A DNA stretch of 64,000 bases. It comes from Raja brachyura (Eukaryota). Made by a program: the position numbers and the translations under genes. Positions 1 through 12,595 of the stretch are shown piece after piece (position 1 is the stretch's first letter; the number at the start of each line of letters is the position of its first letter). The notes under the pieces were generated by a model. The model saw only the letters and a program-made list of their open reading frames with translations, searched no databases and was not told the origin of the DNA. The stretch is from the NCBI GenBank assembly GCA_963514005.1, contig OY740821.1, positions 13,206,001-13,270,000 of the forward strand, given 5' to 3'.

Positions 1-949
1 ACAAGCACACACGTAACAGCGGACGTTATTTGCGTTTCCTGTCCGGTTAACATAGGGTTACAGTCACAGTATACAGAGTCCCTATTTTGCCCTTCTCCTA
101 AACTAAATACAGACATACAGTCAGTAGGTTGACAAACAAGGCGCTAAATGAAAGGAATAAGTTCATTTAAAATGCTACAAATGAAAAGGTTTGGGGTACT
201 GCACGGTAAATGAATGCCTTTTTTTGTTTTGCAATCAAGGCTTGATGATCACACTATTGACTGGACCCAATGGTAAAAAAATTCAAAGTAAAATTAAAGT
301 TTTTAGCTTTTGAATCCAAAGAGCGAGGATAAAATGCGGAAATCCTTAGAACGCGCTAGGCAAAAGTCACCTTATGGGAGCTATTTATTTTAGAGGAACT
401 CTACCTCCAAATGGTTAGCCAAATTTACAGAACAGTGTCTGCTTTATTCAATTATTTAAGCAGAATGCAGTTGTCACTGGGTGACAGTAATAAGATGGGG
501 TCCCTGGTCTTTAATCACTAATTTATTAAAGAGTTTTCTGTCAGGTATAAATTACTTTTTGGAAGTACTAGATCTTGGCAAAATAAAACTACCAACTTCA
601 TTACTTTTAGTTCAGCTCACACTTCAGGGTTTTGTCGATCGGGGACTACAGCAACATCTACAAGTGACTTTCAATGACTCTTACCGTCTATATTCTTGTG
701 ATATACCCTTTATACACTGCTTGTTTTTGTTTCTTCCAATTTTATGTCATTTGAGTTGCCTTAGGAGGTTCCTGCACCCATTCCAACTTACAATTCCAAA
801 ATTTCACATTTCTTTTCAACAAAATAAAACTGAGGAGGTGATTCTAGATACAAACTTGGCCTTAAGGCTCTTCTGCATGCATGAAGACTCATAATTTGAT
901 CCAATTCACACACAGGTCCAAGGCTAAAGAATACAGTAATCAAAAAACG

Positions 950-1180
950 TAAGACGGCATATGCTGGAAATCTGAGATATAAACAAAACAAAGAATGTTG
1001 GAGATGCTTTACAGGTCTGGCAACACATATTGAGGGCGGAACAGGGTTAATATTTTAGGTTGACCACGTTTCATCAAAATTAAATTATGATAAAATAGTT
1101 CTAATGAAATAAATCAACCTGTTCCTCTCTCCACTAGTGCTGCCAGACCTGCTGTGTATATCCAGTGGTTTCTGTTTTCA
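950..1180. mobile_element. Older, diverged inverted-repeat subfamily of the same terminal repeat
   Basis: TGCTGGAAATCTGA...ACAGGTCTGGCAACA...GGAACAGGGTT mirrored by AACCTGTTCC...TGCTGCCAGACCTG. Similar copies at about 36015-36290, 36840-36980 and 53940-54115. Confidence 0.55.
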
Positions 1181-3737
1181 CCAAAGTGTACAGCATGTAG
1201 GTGGGATTCAACAAGTTGAACTACAATCCTCTCCCCCCGGTGTAAATTTAAAAATCAGGGCGCGTTTCTGCAATTCTCATTTATCAGTGATCGATATTTG
1301 TCCTCTTTGCTCAATTGGGCTGTTCTTTAAGATTATATACAGGTTCAATGCAGCAAGGCGCTGAATAATGTACACTATCAATTTATGGATCAAACACTGT
1401 TAAGTATAAAGGGAAACGTTTTTAATTCCAAAAAGATTCTTTTTGCAGCAATTGGAAAATCTTGCTCCCCAGAGTATTGACTAATTTACAAAATGACCAG
1501 CAAACCATGGTAGTTGTTAAATATGGGGAAAATTCCAGTTGCAGTAGCAACAATCACAAGGCAGTTATAAACTGCTTGTTGATCTGTGGCTTTATTTACA
1601 TAATTTATCAGTAAAAAAAAACAATTATTTCCTCTTTTCTCCCCATCCCAAGATTTATTTTTGCCCTATTCCAACCTTAAAGTTCACTTTTTCCACCCCT
1701 TGAACCCACAGCCTGGTTGTTCTTGCCAGAAGAGGATCAGAAACTGCATTCACGTTTAGGGTTTGATGTGTAGATGAATAGCAGAAGCACCACTTTTGTA
1801 TCAGAACAGTATCATTCTCAACTCCTTGTCTCCCTTGAGGCTGCACACAGATAGAGAGCGGGCCGAGAAAAGTTAATGGAAAAATAAACTATAAAAAGTG
1901 TGCACCAAGTAATCTAATATAATCACTTACATCATTGATAATGGCCCGAGGTTTAAAAAACCCTCAACTACTACACAAGAGTAAGGGACTACAATACCTG
2001 AGGAATTTCAAACTATATTTTTGGTGCCTTGCTCAGCATAATATACAATGCTCTTTGGAAAGGTTAGGGATGAATAATGGTTCGGGATGGAATTGCTGTA
2101 ACACATAATAAATAGTCGTATGCATTACCTTCCAGCAGTCAGGTACCAGAGTATCTCGGCACCTGCCACATTGTATAGTTTTTCCAAATTACCGTTGGAT
2201 CTGAAAATGTCAAATTTCCTACATTTAAAGGATCAGATTAAATCAGACTTTGAAAACAAAAACACTATAACATGACATAAACTCTACATATATTACAAAG
2301 CTTTAACACAGAAGGTGGAACCTAAGGTAATGACCTTGCTGAGTTCACACAGTAGAGATTAACAATACACTCTTCATTCTGTCATCTGAGCAGATATTAT
2401 TGTCTTGTAATTTACTCCCCAGTACCCATCACTCTACAATACATTAAAGGTCACAACACATCAAATGGCCTCTTCGAAGGCTGGAAAGGGGGTTTGGGGG
2501 GGGGGGGGGGGGAAAAGGTGGAATCTATAGTGCTAAAAAGAACATGGCCAGGAAAAGAACTAAGATCACCGACAAAAGTCAGTGCAAAAATTATTTGCAA
2601 ACAAAATCGGCAATAGTTGAGTGACACGAACATCATTCTATCCACCTGAAACTAGTTTGGACTGCAAGGGTTGGCTTCACACCAGTTGATCTACAGCAAG
2701 CCCTTAATACTTAATTTTAAAGTATAATATTTTTCACTCGAAAGACAATTACCCAAATTATTAATACCTTAAAATAAAGCGACAAGGATGACGCAACTGA
2801 CTGCCAAGCTTACTTCTCAGTCTTGATTCTTACCCATGCCAGGACTTTCTCAGGCTGATCAGAGACATTTTAAGTACATTGCAAACTTCCAAGATTTCTG
2901 AGGCACAAATTCAACTGGGATATCCATGATGTTGGACTCCTTAGCAGTGGGAATAGGCATAGGAAGAAACAAACACCAAGAATAATAACAAAGCAATGTA
3001 TTTCTGTGCATCTATGAAGGCTACAAATGCCCCAAAGATACCTTGCAATCTGGATGACATAGCTTTTCACAATTTGAAAGCACATTAATTATTTTATTGG
3101 ATTGCCGTTTTTCCAACATCAATACAAAATTCTCAACAGCAGAATAAACCTCATAGGCAGACAGAAAAGTTAAATATAGAAGTAGCTTGCCAAAATCAAA
3201 ATGCCGCATCTACCAAAAAGAATCTTGATGTTAAACATACATATTTTAAATAAGGAAAGACAGAGATTGAAATCTCCTTGTGCAAAATTCAGTGTTTCAT
3301 TCCATTGAGGATCTTAACATTGCAGACCGAAGTGCTTCATCAAATCAACAGCCCAATTAACGCCCAAATCTTGTGTTAATAAGTAGTTTTTCTTTAAAGA
3401 TTCATTAAAAACAAACTTCATGACTATGGGGGTTGGGGGGGGGGGGGGGCAGCTTGGTTGTTTCTGATCATCTCCTTTACATTTCGCAAAGCTGGATAAA
3501 ACTCATGGCTTTACATTCATGCTTTTGCAAATTAACTCAAACAGCCTTTGCATAAATCCACCACAGTCCAAATCCATGTATGTGCAGCAACATACACGGC
3601 TCTCATGAACTCAATACATGCACTCATCAAATAAGCTCGCTATCCAGAGATCCTCCACGATCTTCAAATTATCTCCAAAATCAAAAAGCCAATTGAGATT
3701 TTTATCCCCATTTTTTTCGAGGGTAGCTTTAAAAAAA

Positions 3738-4023
3738 AGACACAGCATGGAAACAGGCCCTTCCGCCCACTGAGTTCACGCTGACCATCAATCACCCATT
3801 CACAATAGTTCTATGTTGTCTCACTTGCTCATCCACTCCTTATGTACTGGGGGACAATTTACAGAGGGCCAATTAACCAACAAATGTCTTTGAGATGTGG
3901 GAGGAAACTGGAGCACTCGGAGGAATCACAGGGAGAACGTGCAAATTACATACAGTCAGGATTGAACCCGGGTCTCTGGCGTTGTGAGACAGCAGTGCCA
4001 CCAGCTGCGCCACTGGGCCGCCC
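3738..4023 (-). mobile_element. tRNA-derived SINE (HE1-like) with CR1-like 3' end
   Basis: Minus strand has Pol III A box TGGCGCAGCTGG (4012-4001) and B box GGTTCAATCC (3968-3959). The 3' end ...GGGCCTGTTTCCATGCTGTG is shared with CR1-like fragments in this window. Confidence 0.8.
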
Positions 4024-7000
4024 AGGATTTGAATTACAAGATTCCTTGATGTGTAGTCAGATGTGCAAGACAGTACAAAATGATTTAGAAAACAGGGAAA
4101 ATGCCTGCTGAAAGGTCACAGCAGTTACTTACAAGGTCAAAAAGATGAGGTCATTTTTACTGAAGATGAAGTTTTGCTGAAAAGAGCAGATTATCTTCAC
4201 TGAAGCCAAGATTTATCACAGTGTTGAAGCAATGGTTTTGGGAAACACTTTGTTCATAATGGTTTGCGCAACTCTGAATACTTTCAATATAGAAACAAAA
4301 ATGGTGCTGCAAGGCACTGTCTCGCAATCAGAAATCTTTTTTGTTGGAAACACATATTCAACCAGGTCCCTTTAATTAAAGAATAATAGAATTGCATCTG
4401 CTTATCTCTGGTGTAGACAGTCATATCAGTGTGACTAGGTGGGGTTAACTAGATCAATGATTTATGATCCATAGTCCCACATAGGGTTGAAAAATACACT
4501 AAGATTACAAATACAAAACATATTACAATGCTCTATAATTAAAGGCACAAAGGATATTTGTTTCGGGCTAAGATCATTTTGAAAGTGCTTCAAGATTACA
4601 ATGAGATAAATTAAAAATAGTCACACTTGAAAAATGGGTTTCTTTCACCTCATAGATGGCAGCTACAGGGAGCCACTTTGCTGGATAACTGATATTGGGT
4701 GACAACCGCCACTTCTTAGGGGGAAAATGCGAAATGCAATCTAGTCCAAATGTACATCACCTGATTCGGACACTTACTGGACTGCTGGTTTGGTGCAGGA
4801 TTTCCACCTTTACGCCACAATATACAATCATTTTGGAAAGGATGCTCGTCAGCCTTGACAATGCGCCCAGATTCCAAACATTCAAATATGTTGATTCTGA
4901 GGGTAGACGTGCCCCTTTTGTAAATGCTTGACCATTCTTGCCTTTTGCAGTAGGATTGCAAGTTTAGCGCAACACTTCATTTGCAAAACAATAGTACCAT
5001 TAAGCGACAAGAGCAAACACAAAAAAAGGCGCATAAAAAGCCTGTGGGAAAGATGAACTTAGTCTTACGCACAAACATCTCCTACATTGAACCATCATCC
5101 ACCAGCACTGGCTGGGATTTCCTGCAGTTCAAAGCAACCTGCTGTCTTCATTTCCTCAAGCAGCAACTTGTTCTGATTTTTTAATCTTATTAACAATTTA
5201 AAGCTTGCTCCCTTTGCGTCTAACTGAACTGATACAGAACAATAAATTTCATTTCCCTGGTTTCTGTCCCAACAGCTTAGAGGGCGGCAGCAGTAGAGGG
5301 ACGCAAGCTCTCCCTTGCTAATTTGTAGCCAGACCCATTCCTTCAGAGACCAGAAACCCAAGACTGTATCAGAGCTCAGGGGTACATATTTCTACTAATA
5401 CAGCAGGGCTCCTTAAAGTAGATTTTAAATAAATGTAATTTGCACAGATTAAAGTCTTAAATCTTAATTTAAAAAGGTGTGTTTGAAATAACTGGAACGA
5501 GAAGAAAATGAACTGTGCCTTTGGCTCTGCAGAAGAAATAGGAAGCTAACAAGCTGCCCGAACAGTGTGCAACATGTGTGCATTAGAAACTAATGTGCAA
5601 AGATAATTTAAATAAAATCAGAAAATAATTCGAGAAGTGTCAGTTCAAAAGAAATTAAATAACTGAAAATGTAAAAAAATTTAGGGTTGGACAAAAAAAA
5701 TCTACAAACCATGAAGCCCCTCTCCTCCTCAAAAAATATATTCTAGACTTTGCACTGATGTCTTGCAAACTGAAGATGTCACTGGGTTTCCTACTTTATA
5801 AAAATCTATTAACTCCATAAAACCATCCTGAATAAACTCTTGCATTCCATAATGGCTGTGCCCCTTCATCCAACATCCTTTACTAAAGACAAGCAGAATA
5901 GTCTCCTCCCAGTTCTCTTCATATTTTACCCTCCCCTCAAAGCCCAGCACCAAAAATTATTTCCTGCATCTCACTGCAGTGGAGCAGCTGACAATATCCA
6001 ACTCCCATCAGAGATCATATCCAGTCAGTAGACTGAGGATTAGTTATTATTCACCATTAACGTGGCCAATATGCACGAGCCTGGGACTTGAACCTACAAA
6101 CGCAGGAGTGTGAAGTTTTTATGCTACAGAATTTTTAAATTATAAATATGAATGCAGACACTATTTAAAAGTCAACATCTGGAAAAGTCCTTTTAATAGA
6201 TAAGAACACATTAATTGCTTAAAATATATTAACCTTCTGCCTGTAAACCTCATTTGGTCCAAAGTAAAAGTATTTATTATATGATTAAAGTTTTTAAAAC
6301 TGCATATTCCTAGATAAACACCCAGACTTCATCACAGCTTCTAGGACAAATGCTGCTCCAGTGTTGGTGAGCATGAACATAGATGGCTACCTCTTCCCAC
6401 AGAGTAAGAAGCACTGCAGTGTTTCAGCCAAAAAAAACCTAAAGAAACTCAACATGCATGTGATAGTTAATGGATTGGAATACTGACTTTGGAGAAGGTT
6501 TGAACTTCAGAAAGTATACACAGAAACTGTACTGTCGGGCCAAAAGCCAACATTTTATGCAAACGGGGCACTGTTTTCAAGCACAGAAAGCACTGAAGAA
6601 CAGACACCATCATGCATCAGTGAGACTGAGGATTTCAATTTGTGTACACTTTCTAAGTGGTTGGTGACCATGTGACATCTTCAAACAGCTTGGTGAGGGG
6701 AAGGGGAATAAGAAAGTCACCATTTAGCCACCAATTCAAAGCCTCTCATCAGCCAATGTTGCGTCATGGTAGTTATTAGATCCAACAGCTAGAACGAGGT
6801 AGTTTGGATTGCTTATGACACTAATTTCATAAATTGTCTTGAGTTCACCACAATAGTTCCTCAAATCCCATTTTCACGCCCACTGCCGACCCTGGCTTAA
6901 TTACCCTACTTATTGCCAGGGTAGTCAGTGGCTCAGCATACAGGCTGGTTATTTGACACAGAACTAGATGGTGCATTGGTTCAACCCAGAATTTGCCAAA

Positions 7001-8050
7001 CTCAACCAGACCTTCAGTAGGCAAGTACATGTGAACCATTGACAGGATATGAATTTGTAACCACAGTGACAAAGGAGGCACATTCACTACTACATTATTG
7101 GGCATCTTCAAACTGAAGCAGATAAAATCTTCCATTATTTTAAATTTCTTCTGTTATTCTTGCCAATAAATTACCACTGAGCCTGTGCTCACCCCTCCCT
7201 CCCCAAAAATGCTTTCACAGAATCTGGCTGGACACCCTAATTGTGCAACTGATAGCCAAGTCACAATGGTCTGGGATTAATCCACAGTTTTTCAACTAGT
7301 TTCAAGAAAACAATTACAGGCATCATCTATTTCATCATAAAAAAATGTCAAAATGCCAAATGTTTAGATAGTTCAACTAACCTCATTAATGATTAAAAAA
7401 GATGGGCATTTATAAAACATCAAACTTCAAAGACAAATTCCACAAAGGCATAAACATAGGTAGTTCTCTTTGATGCATGTCATTTGGATAAATTACTGCT
7501 ACTTATCTAGGTTAAGAATTCATACGACACTAAAAGGGTCAGTAGTTTCCACTGGATGATTCTCATCTAAAGTTACACAAGGATCTTTAGGATTAAAGAA
7601 CAGTTGAACACTTAATTATCTAGAAGGATAAAATAGATTTGAAGTCCATTAATTAGGGAGCTTTGATAGGAATTAAAGCCTCATTTTGAATTCATCCCTA
7701 TTACATTTAATCCACCTATACGGCCTTATATACATTACAGATAAATCAGTGCTTGGAAAAAAAATGTACCATAAGTCATTAACTGTAAAATTGGGCCCCC
7801 AGAAATATGGATTTTTCCTCCTCTGAAATTCAACTAAATAGAATTTAATTAAGCATATTTTTGTTAAAGATGCAACAAAAAAATCCAGATGGAGTACACT
7901 TAGTTTTATTTGGAGCCGAATTTAACCCTCGTTTATTCTGTAGATTAATCCCTGAAAACAATGATCTTGTCCAACCCTGGTAAGAACACCTCCTTCTTTA
8001 GATGAAGTCAGTGCAAGGGGAGTAGAAAAGTGTAGTCCATGTGGCCCTCT

Positions 8051-8775
8051 CTAACTCACTTTATGCTCTCCTCGGACAATGTGTGAGGAGAATTCGTACC
8101 GATCTTGGCTGTGGTGGCCACAGATGTTGCACTCAAAAGGGTCTCTGAATCCATGGCAACCCATGTGTATGGTAAACATTACATGGTCAAGAAAGAGAAC
8201 CCGGCAGTGGTTACAATTATAAGCCTTAACTTGTTCTCCATCTTCATTTAAGACTCTAAGGACCTCTTTGGCTGAGCTTTGAGCTGCTTTGGCAGATGAT
8301 GGAGGCTCCTGTGCCTTTGGGTCCTCTTTGGAATAGGCCGGGCTTTGCCTTGTGACATAGTTACTAGGAAAAGCATGGGCATTCCTGTCTTCATGGCTGC
8401 TTTCTGTATCTGTGGAATCATGACAACCATTGCTTGGAGACACTCCAAGCTCAACCAGTTGATTTTTTGCTCTAGAATTCATATTTTCTGGCACGTCTTC
8501 ATGACCTTCTGCTGCCTCTCGACCTCCCTGTACCTCAGCTCGGCTGTGGATCGGATGTACGTGGGAGTAGACAGCACTGATCACAGGCGTGATCTCTGGC
8601 AAACAACTGGTTATGGGCAGCCTTGGAGGCCTCATTGCTTCTGTTCCTAGATAGGACAGTGCACTGCCCAAATTCTGGTCCATGGGATGAGGAGCCATCA
8701 TCTCTACATCCTTCTCAAAATTGGAGTTCATCTCAAAGTGAACATCGGATAGGTTGAGGCGTATGTGTTTATCAC
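8051..8775 (-). CDS. IKZF4: IKZF4 last coding exon with C-terminal dimerisation fingers 5-6
   Basis: Acceptor tttcttttcag|GT, 725 nt to TAG at 8053-8051; encodes CNHCRVLFLDHVMFTIHMGCHGFRDPFECNICGHHSQDRYEFSSHIVRGEHKVS. Confidence 0.96.
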
Positions 8776-8924
8776 CTGAAAAGAAAGGATTAGGGTTTAA
8801 AATCAGAAAGCACAGAAAAATAAATCAGCCAGGCAATCAAAGGGTAAACTTAATTTACAATTTCACCCTCCCACCCACCAACTCTGTTGGATCCATTTGG
8901 TTTTAAATAAAATGCTACAGTTCA

Positions 8925-9190
8925 GGCAGCACAGTGGCACAGCAGGTAGGCTGCTGCTCCAGGTTCAATTCGGACAATAGGCTTTCTTTTTAATTAAAAA
9001 AAATATATATAATTGAGTTTGTATATTGCTCCCATTACTGGGTTTCCTCTCATCCCAAAGATACTCTGATGGGTTATTTAGCCACGGTAAATTATCCCTT
9101 AGTATAGATGTGGCAATAGGACTAAAATGCAGGCAAATGAGAATGAATTGGAGGGTACAAAGGACTGGCACTAATGAGCAGCTCAGCTGG
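8925..9190 (+). mobile_element. Degenerate tRNA-derived SINE
   Basis: GGCAGCACAGTGGCACAGCAGGTAG...AGGTTCAATTC head; GGTTTCCTCTCATCCCAAAGA core. Confidence 0.55.
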
Positions 9191-9430
9191 AAGGAGACAC
9201 TGTGTTATTTTAGCACTTCATTGTGACTTACAGCATCTGTAGTTCTTTGCTTTTCAATAACTGAAACTACCCATTTCCAAATTAAATTAAATTAATCAAT
9301 GCAACAGTTGAAATTATTTCAACAATGTCCCAATATTCATTCAGAAATATAAATGGCCTTCAAGACCAAATGGTCTAGTCATTAAATTGATCATGTCTAA
9401 ATTCAGGAGCAAGAATGACTAAATTCTTGT

Positions 9431-9524
9431 CTGAAGAAGGGTCTCGACCCGAAACGTCACCCATTCCTCTTCTCTGGAGATGCTGCCTGTCCCACTGAGT
9501 TACTCCAGCATTTTGTGTCTACCT
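9431..9524 (+). mobile_element. Short Penelope terminal-repeat copy with intact minimal hammerhead core (9431-9458)
   Basis: CTGAAGA A GGGT CTCG ACCC GAAA CGTC; exact 16-bp TSD ATGACTAAATTCTTGT (9415-9430, 9525-9540). Confidence 0.8.
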
Positions 9525-10231
9525 ATGACTAAATTCTTGTTGGACTTTTGTGTTACCAATGCAATGAAGATAACTGCAAAAGCAAAGTACATTAAAATCA
9601 TGATTTTACAAAGGAGAATTAATCTGTACAGTAATCAGGGAAATATGGATGAGCCAAGCTAAGGTTAGATAACAGTCAGGAATTTGAAATAGCCCTGGAA
9701 TAAAAAACAACCAAAACTTATAAATACAATCTAAAAGCAGCCAGAAAGATTTCACATTTCTACATGGCAGTGACAGAAAACTTGGAAACAAACAGAATTC
9801 TCCAGTTGTAGTCACTAAAGGCCCTACTCCAAATCTAAACAGAAGGTATTTGAACAGTGGATGATTAATATAACTGTTTCATTTGGGTGTAGGGTATAAG
9901 TGAGCTTTTGGGATATTGATATTGTGCATATTTAATATTTAATTTAAGACCATCTAAATTTGTGCTTTTGGAAAGCTTCAAACCAAGACTATGTGCGTCC
10001 AAATGAGTGGATTGAGCAGAATGCCCAGAATGGCGTTGTTTAGTTTGTACAAATTAGTACAGGCCACTTCTGTCGAGTTTAGTCCCTCAAAATCAAGTTT
10101 CAAGTACAGAAAAACATTTATGCTACTACTGGGCAAACATCTTTAAGCTTCAAAAATGTGGAAATAGTTGTGCAAACCCTAACCATCCACTGTCCTTTTA
10201 GGGAATTGAAAAAATATAAATGAGTTCTTAC

Positions 10232-10363
10232 CGACAAATTTCTGTGGAGTAGATCTTTTTCTTTTTGCAATGCTGTTAGCAAGCCTATCTATAAAAGAAG
10301 GTCTGTCAGGGACGGGCTGAAGGATATGGTCTGGCATCACGTCGATGTCACGGCACTCCTCCC
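10232..10363 (-). CDS. IKZF4: IKZF4 coding exon 6 (GEECRDIDVMPDHILQPVPDRPSFIDRLANSIAKRKRSTPQKFV/G)
   Basis: Acceptor ttatcagcag|GG (tandem CAGCAG; alternative start 10366), donor GTCG|gtaaga, 132 nt. Confidence 0.93.
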
Positions 10364-11705
10364 CTGCTGATAAGAGAAAGCACCCTAAAATCTGGTGATC
10401 AACTGATGCATATTGTACAGGCGGCATTGGGAAAAACAGTGCAACTTGCTTTGACCCAGCTTTAGCGATCATTTTATATTGCATAACCGTTTAAGTTCCT
10501 GTTAAGGAATTTGACTTTGGCAACAATCAGAGCTCCATTACATTTTAGAGGCATTTTGCGCATTTGCGCCATAATTAAGACGGCCAATGAACTGTCGGCC
10601 AGTCCATAGTTTTGCTAGCTCCTAATTTTAATGGTCCAAGGGTGTCATGCAAGCAAAATTCATTTTAGCTTTCTTTAGAGAACAGTGCAGCATAAGAGAT
10701 ATGCAACTTGAAGCTATGGTGAGGGCAGTCAGCACATTCACTCCAAATGGCATGCATTCTCAATGCAGTTACAAATTATTGACTTATTTCATTTGTGCAG
10801 CGCCAGGTCTTAACTAGGTCCTTTGTGAAAATGAGTTTGAACCACTTCAATGTGGTTTCAGGCAGCTATGGACCTACAACACAAAACATTCCCATTTGTA
10901 ACCTTTTAACACGTAAACTGCCAAGGAAAAAAAAGAGATTGCTTGGGTGTGCTTGCTGCCAATACTGGATGGAAAATGGAAAGTGCTCCAGTGCACAGCT
11001 TAAATATATTTTACCTTGATGAGAACTATATATATTTGCAACTTTCCAATATCAAAGTTATGGAATCTGAACTAGTTTTGTTTAAAAACAAATTTTACAG
11101 TCTCCATTAAGGACATTAAATTTGATAAAGGTTCTGAAAACAAAGGTAGACCATTAAAAGACTGGAACGCTCAATCCTTATTTGTAACATCCCAAATATT
11201 TTTTCACCAATAACTTGGTGCCTTTCCACTTTCTTTAAAAAGCTACAAATAAGGCAAGAGCTGCAAATTTGTATTGGTCATTATAATTTCAAATTTATGG
11301 CACAGTTTATTTCATTAACACTGTATAGGATGGCTCTCTTAAATGTCTGGGCCACACTAAACTGAATCAACTCCTAGGCTTAATTTCCGGTTTGGACTAA
11401 CAGCCGGGGCCGTCACAGCTAAAGAGAGAAGGGGAGGAAGGGAAGAGAAAGGAGAAGCGAGGGTTCCAGCTCCTAACTACAACTCCTGCCTTAACCCGCA
11501 CAAAGAATCAGCAACTGCCAAAGCATTGGATGGTGGCGAGCATTCATGGAGGTATGGCAGAAACTAATTGCGAAAATAGGAAGGAAAGTGGCCGGGGGGG
11601 GGGGGGGGGGGGGGTCATTCTACATTGGATTTAAACATTTATTGTTAACCAAGGACTTGTCTTTAGGTGGATAACACATTTCTCTCTTTTCATTCATTGA
11701 TTTAT

Positions 11706-11940
11706 AGGTACACAACATGGAAATAGGCCCTTCGCCCCAACTCACCCATGCCAGTCTTCACTTACTCCACCGGCCCGTGTTTGGCCCTTACCCCTCTAAA
11801 CCTTTCCTATCCACGTACCTGTGCAAATGTCTTTTTAAATCCACCTGTCTTAACTCCTCTGGCAGCTCATTCAATATATCCACCACCTTCTGTGTAAAAT
11901 AACTGCCCCTCAGATCCCCTTTAAATCTTTTCATTCTCAC
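11706..11940 (-). mobile_element. CR1-clade LINE 3' fragment
   Basis: CATGGAAATAGGCCCTTCGCCC...CCCTCTAAACCTTTCCTATCCA...CTCTGGCAGCTCATTC; near-identical blocks at 45635-45915 and 48237-48445. Confidence 0.7.
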
Positions 11941-12317
11941 TGTCAAAGTATACCTATTAACTTAATATTGCTCAATGCGTGAAGGAAACAAGTAACGTAT
12001 TCAATAAAAGTAATGAAAAATGTGATCCAAAGGGTTCAACGTGGTTATAACATAAAACATATCTTCAAGACAAACGATGGACCCACTCAATGTTGATACT
12101 TTCTTTGCCGTTCCAGTGTTCAGATGTGCTATTGGATATAATTGGTGGGTTAAGTTTGTTTTGATTACCCCTCCAACCAATCCTGCTGAAGTTACAGACT
12201 CATGCCTGCACACACCAGGTATCCTTTGCAGGTTCTGGAGAACTTGGTCGCTCAAAGTAACTAATTCATTTGTATGATGACAAGGACAGCCCTCAGCTAC
12301 CTCGGCCAATTCGGTCT

Positions 12318-12595
12318 GTTTAGTTCAGTTTAGATATACAGCGTGGAAACTGGCCCTTCGGTCCACCGAGTCCATGCCGCCCAGCGATCACCCATACACT
12401 AGTCTCAATACTAGGCACAATATACAGAAGCCAATGGACCTTTCAAACCTTTGGAATGTGGGAGGAAACTGGAGCACCCAGAGAAAATTCACACGACCAC
12501 AGGGAGAACGTACAAGTTAGCACCTGTAGTCAGAATTGAACTCTGGTTTCTGGCTTTGTGAGGCAGCAGTTCTACCGCTGCGCCACCGTGCAGCC
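12318..12595 (-). mobile_element. tRNA-derived SINE (HE1-like)
   Basis: Same family as 3738-4023; (CTAAA)n tail on the minus strand and tRNA-like head at 12535-12595. Confidence 0.78.

Noticed and set aside
481-894. 137-aa plus-strand ORF
   Set aside because: GTG start, Leu/Phe-rich composition typical of AT-rich non-coding DNA, no recognisable domain.
3955-4023. tRNA gene
   Set aside because: A and B boxes belong to a SINE head continuing into SINE body; no complete cloverleaf.
5215-5340. Plus-strand branch point (CTAAC), pyrimidine tract and CAG suggesting an antisense exon
   Set aside because: No partner exon, clear donor or coding signal; such motifs occur by chance.
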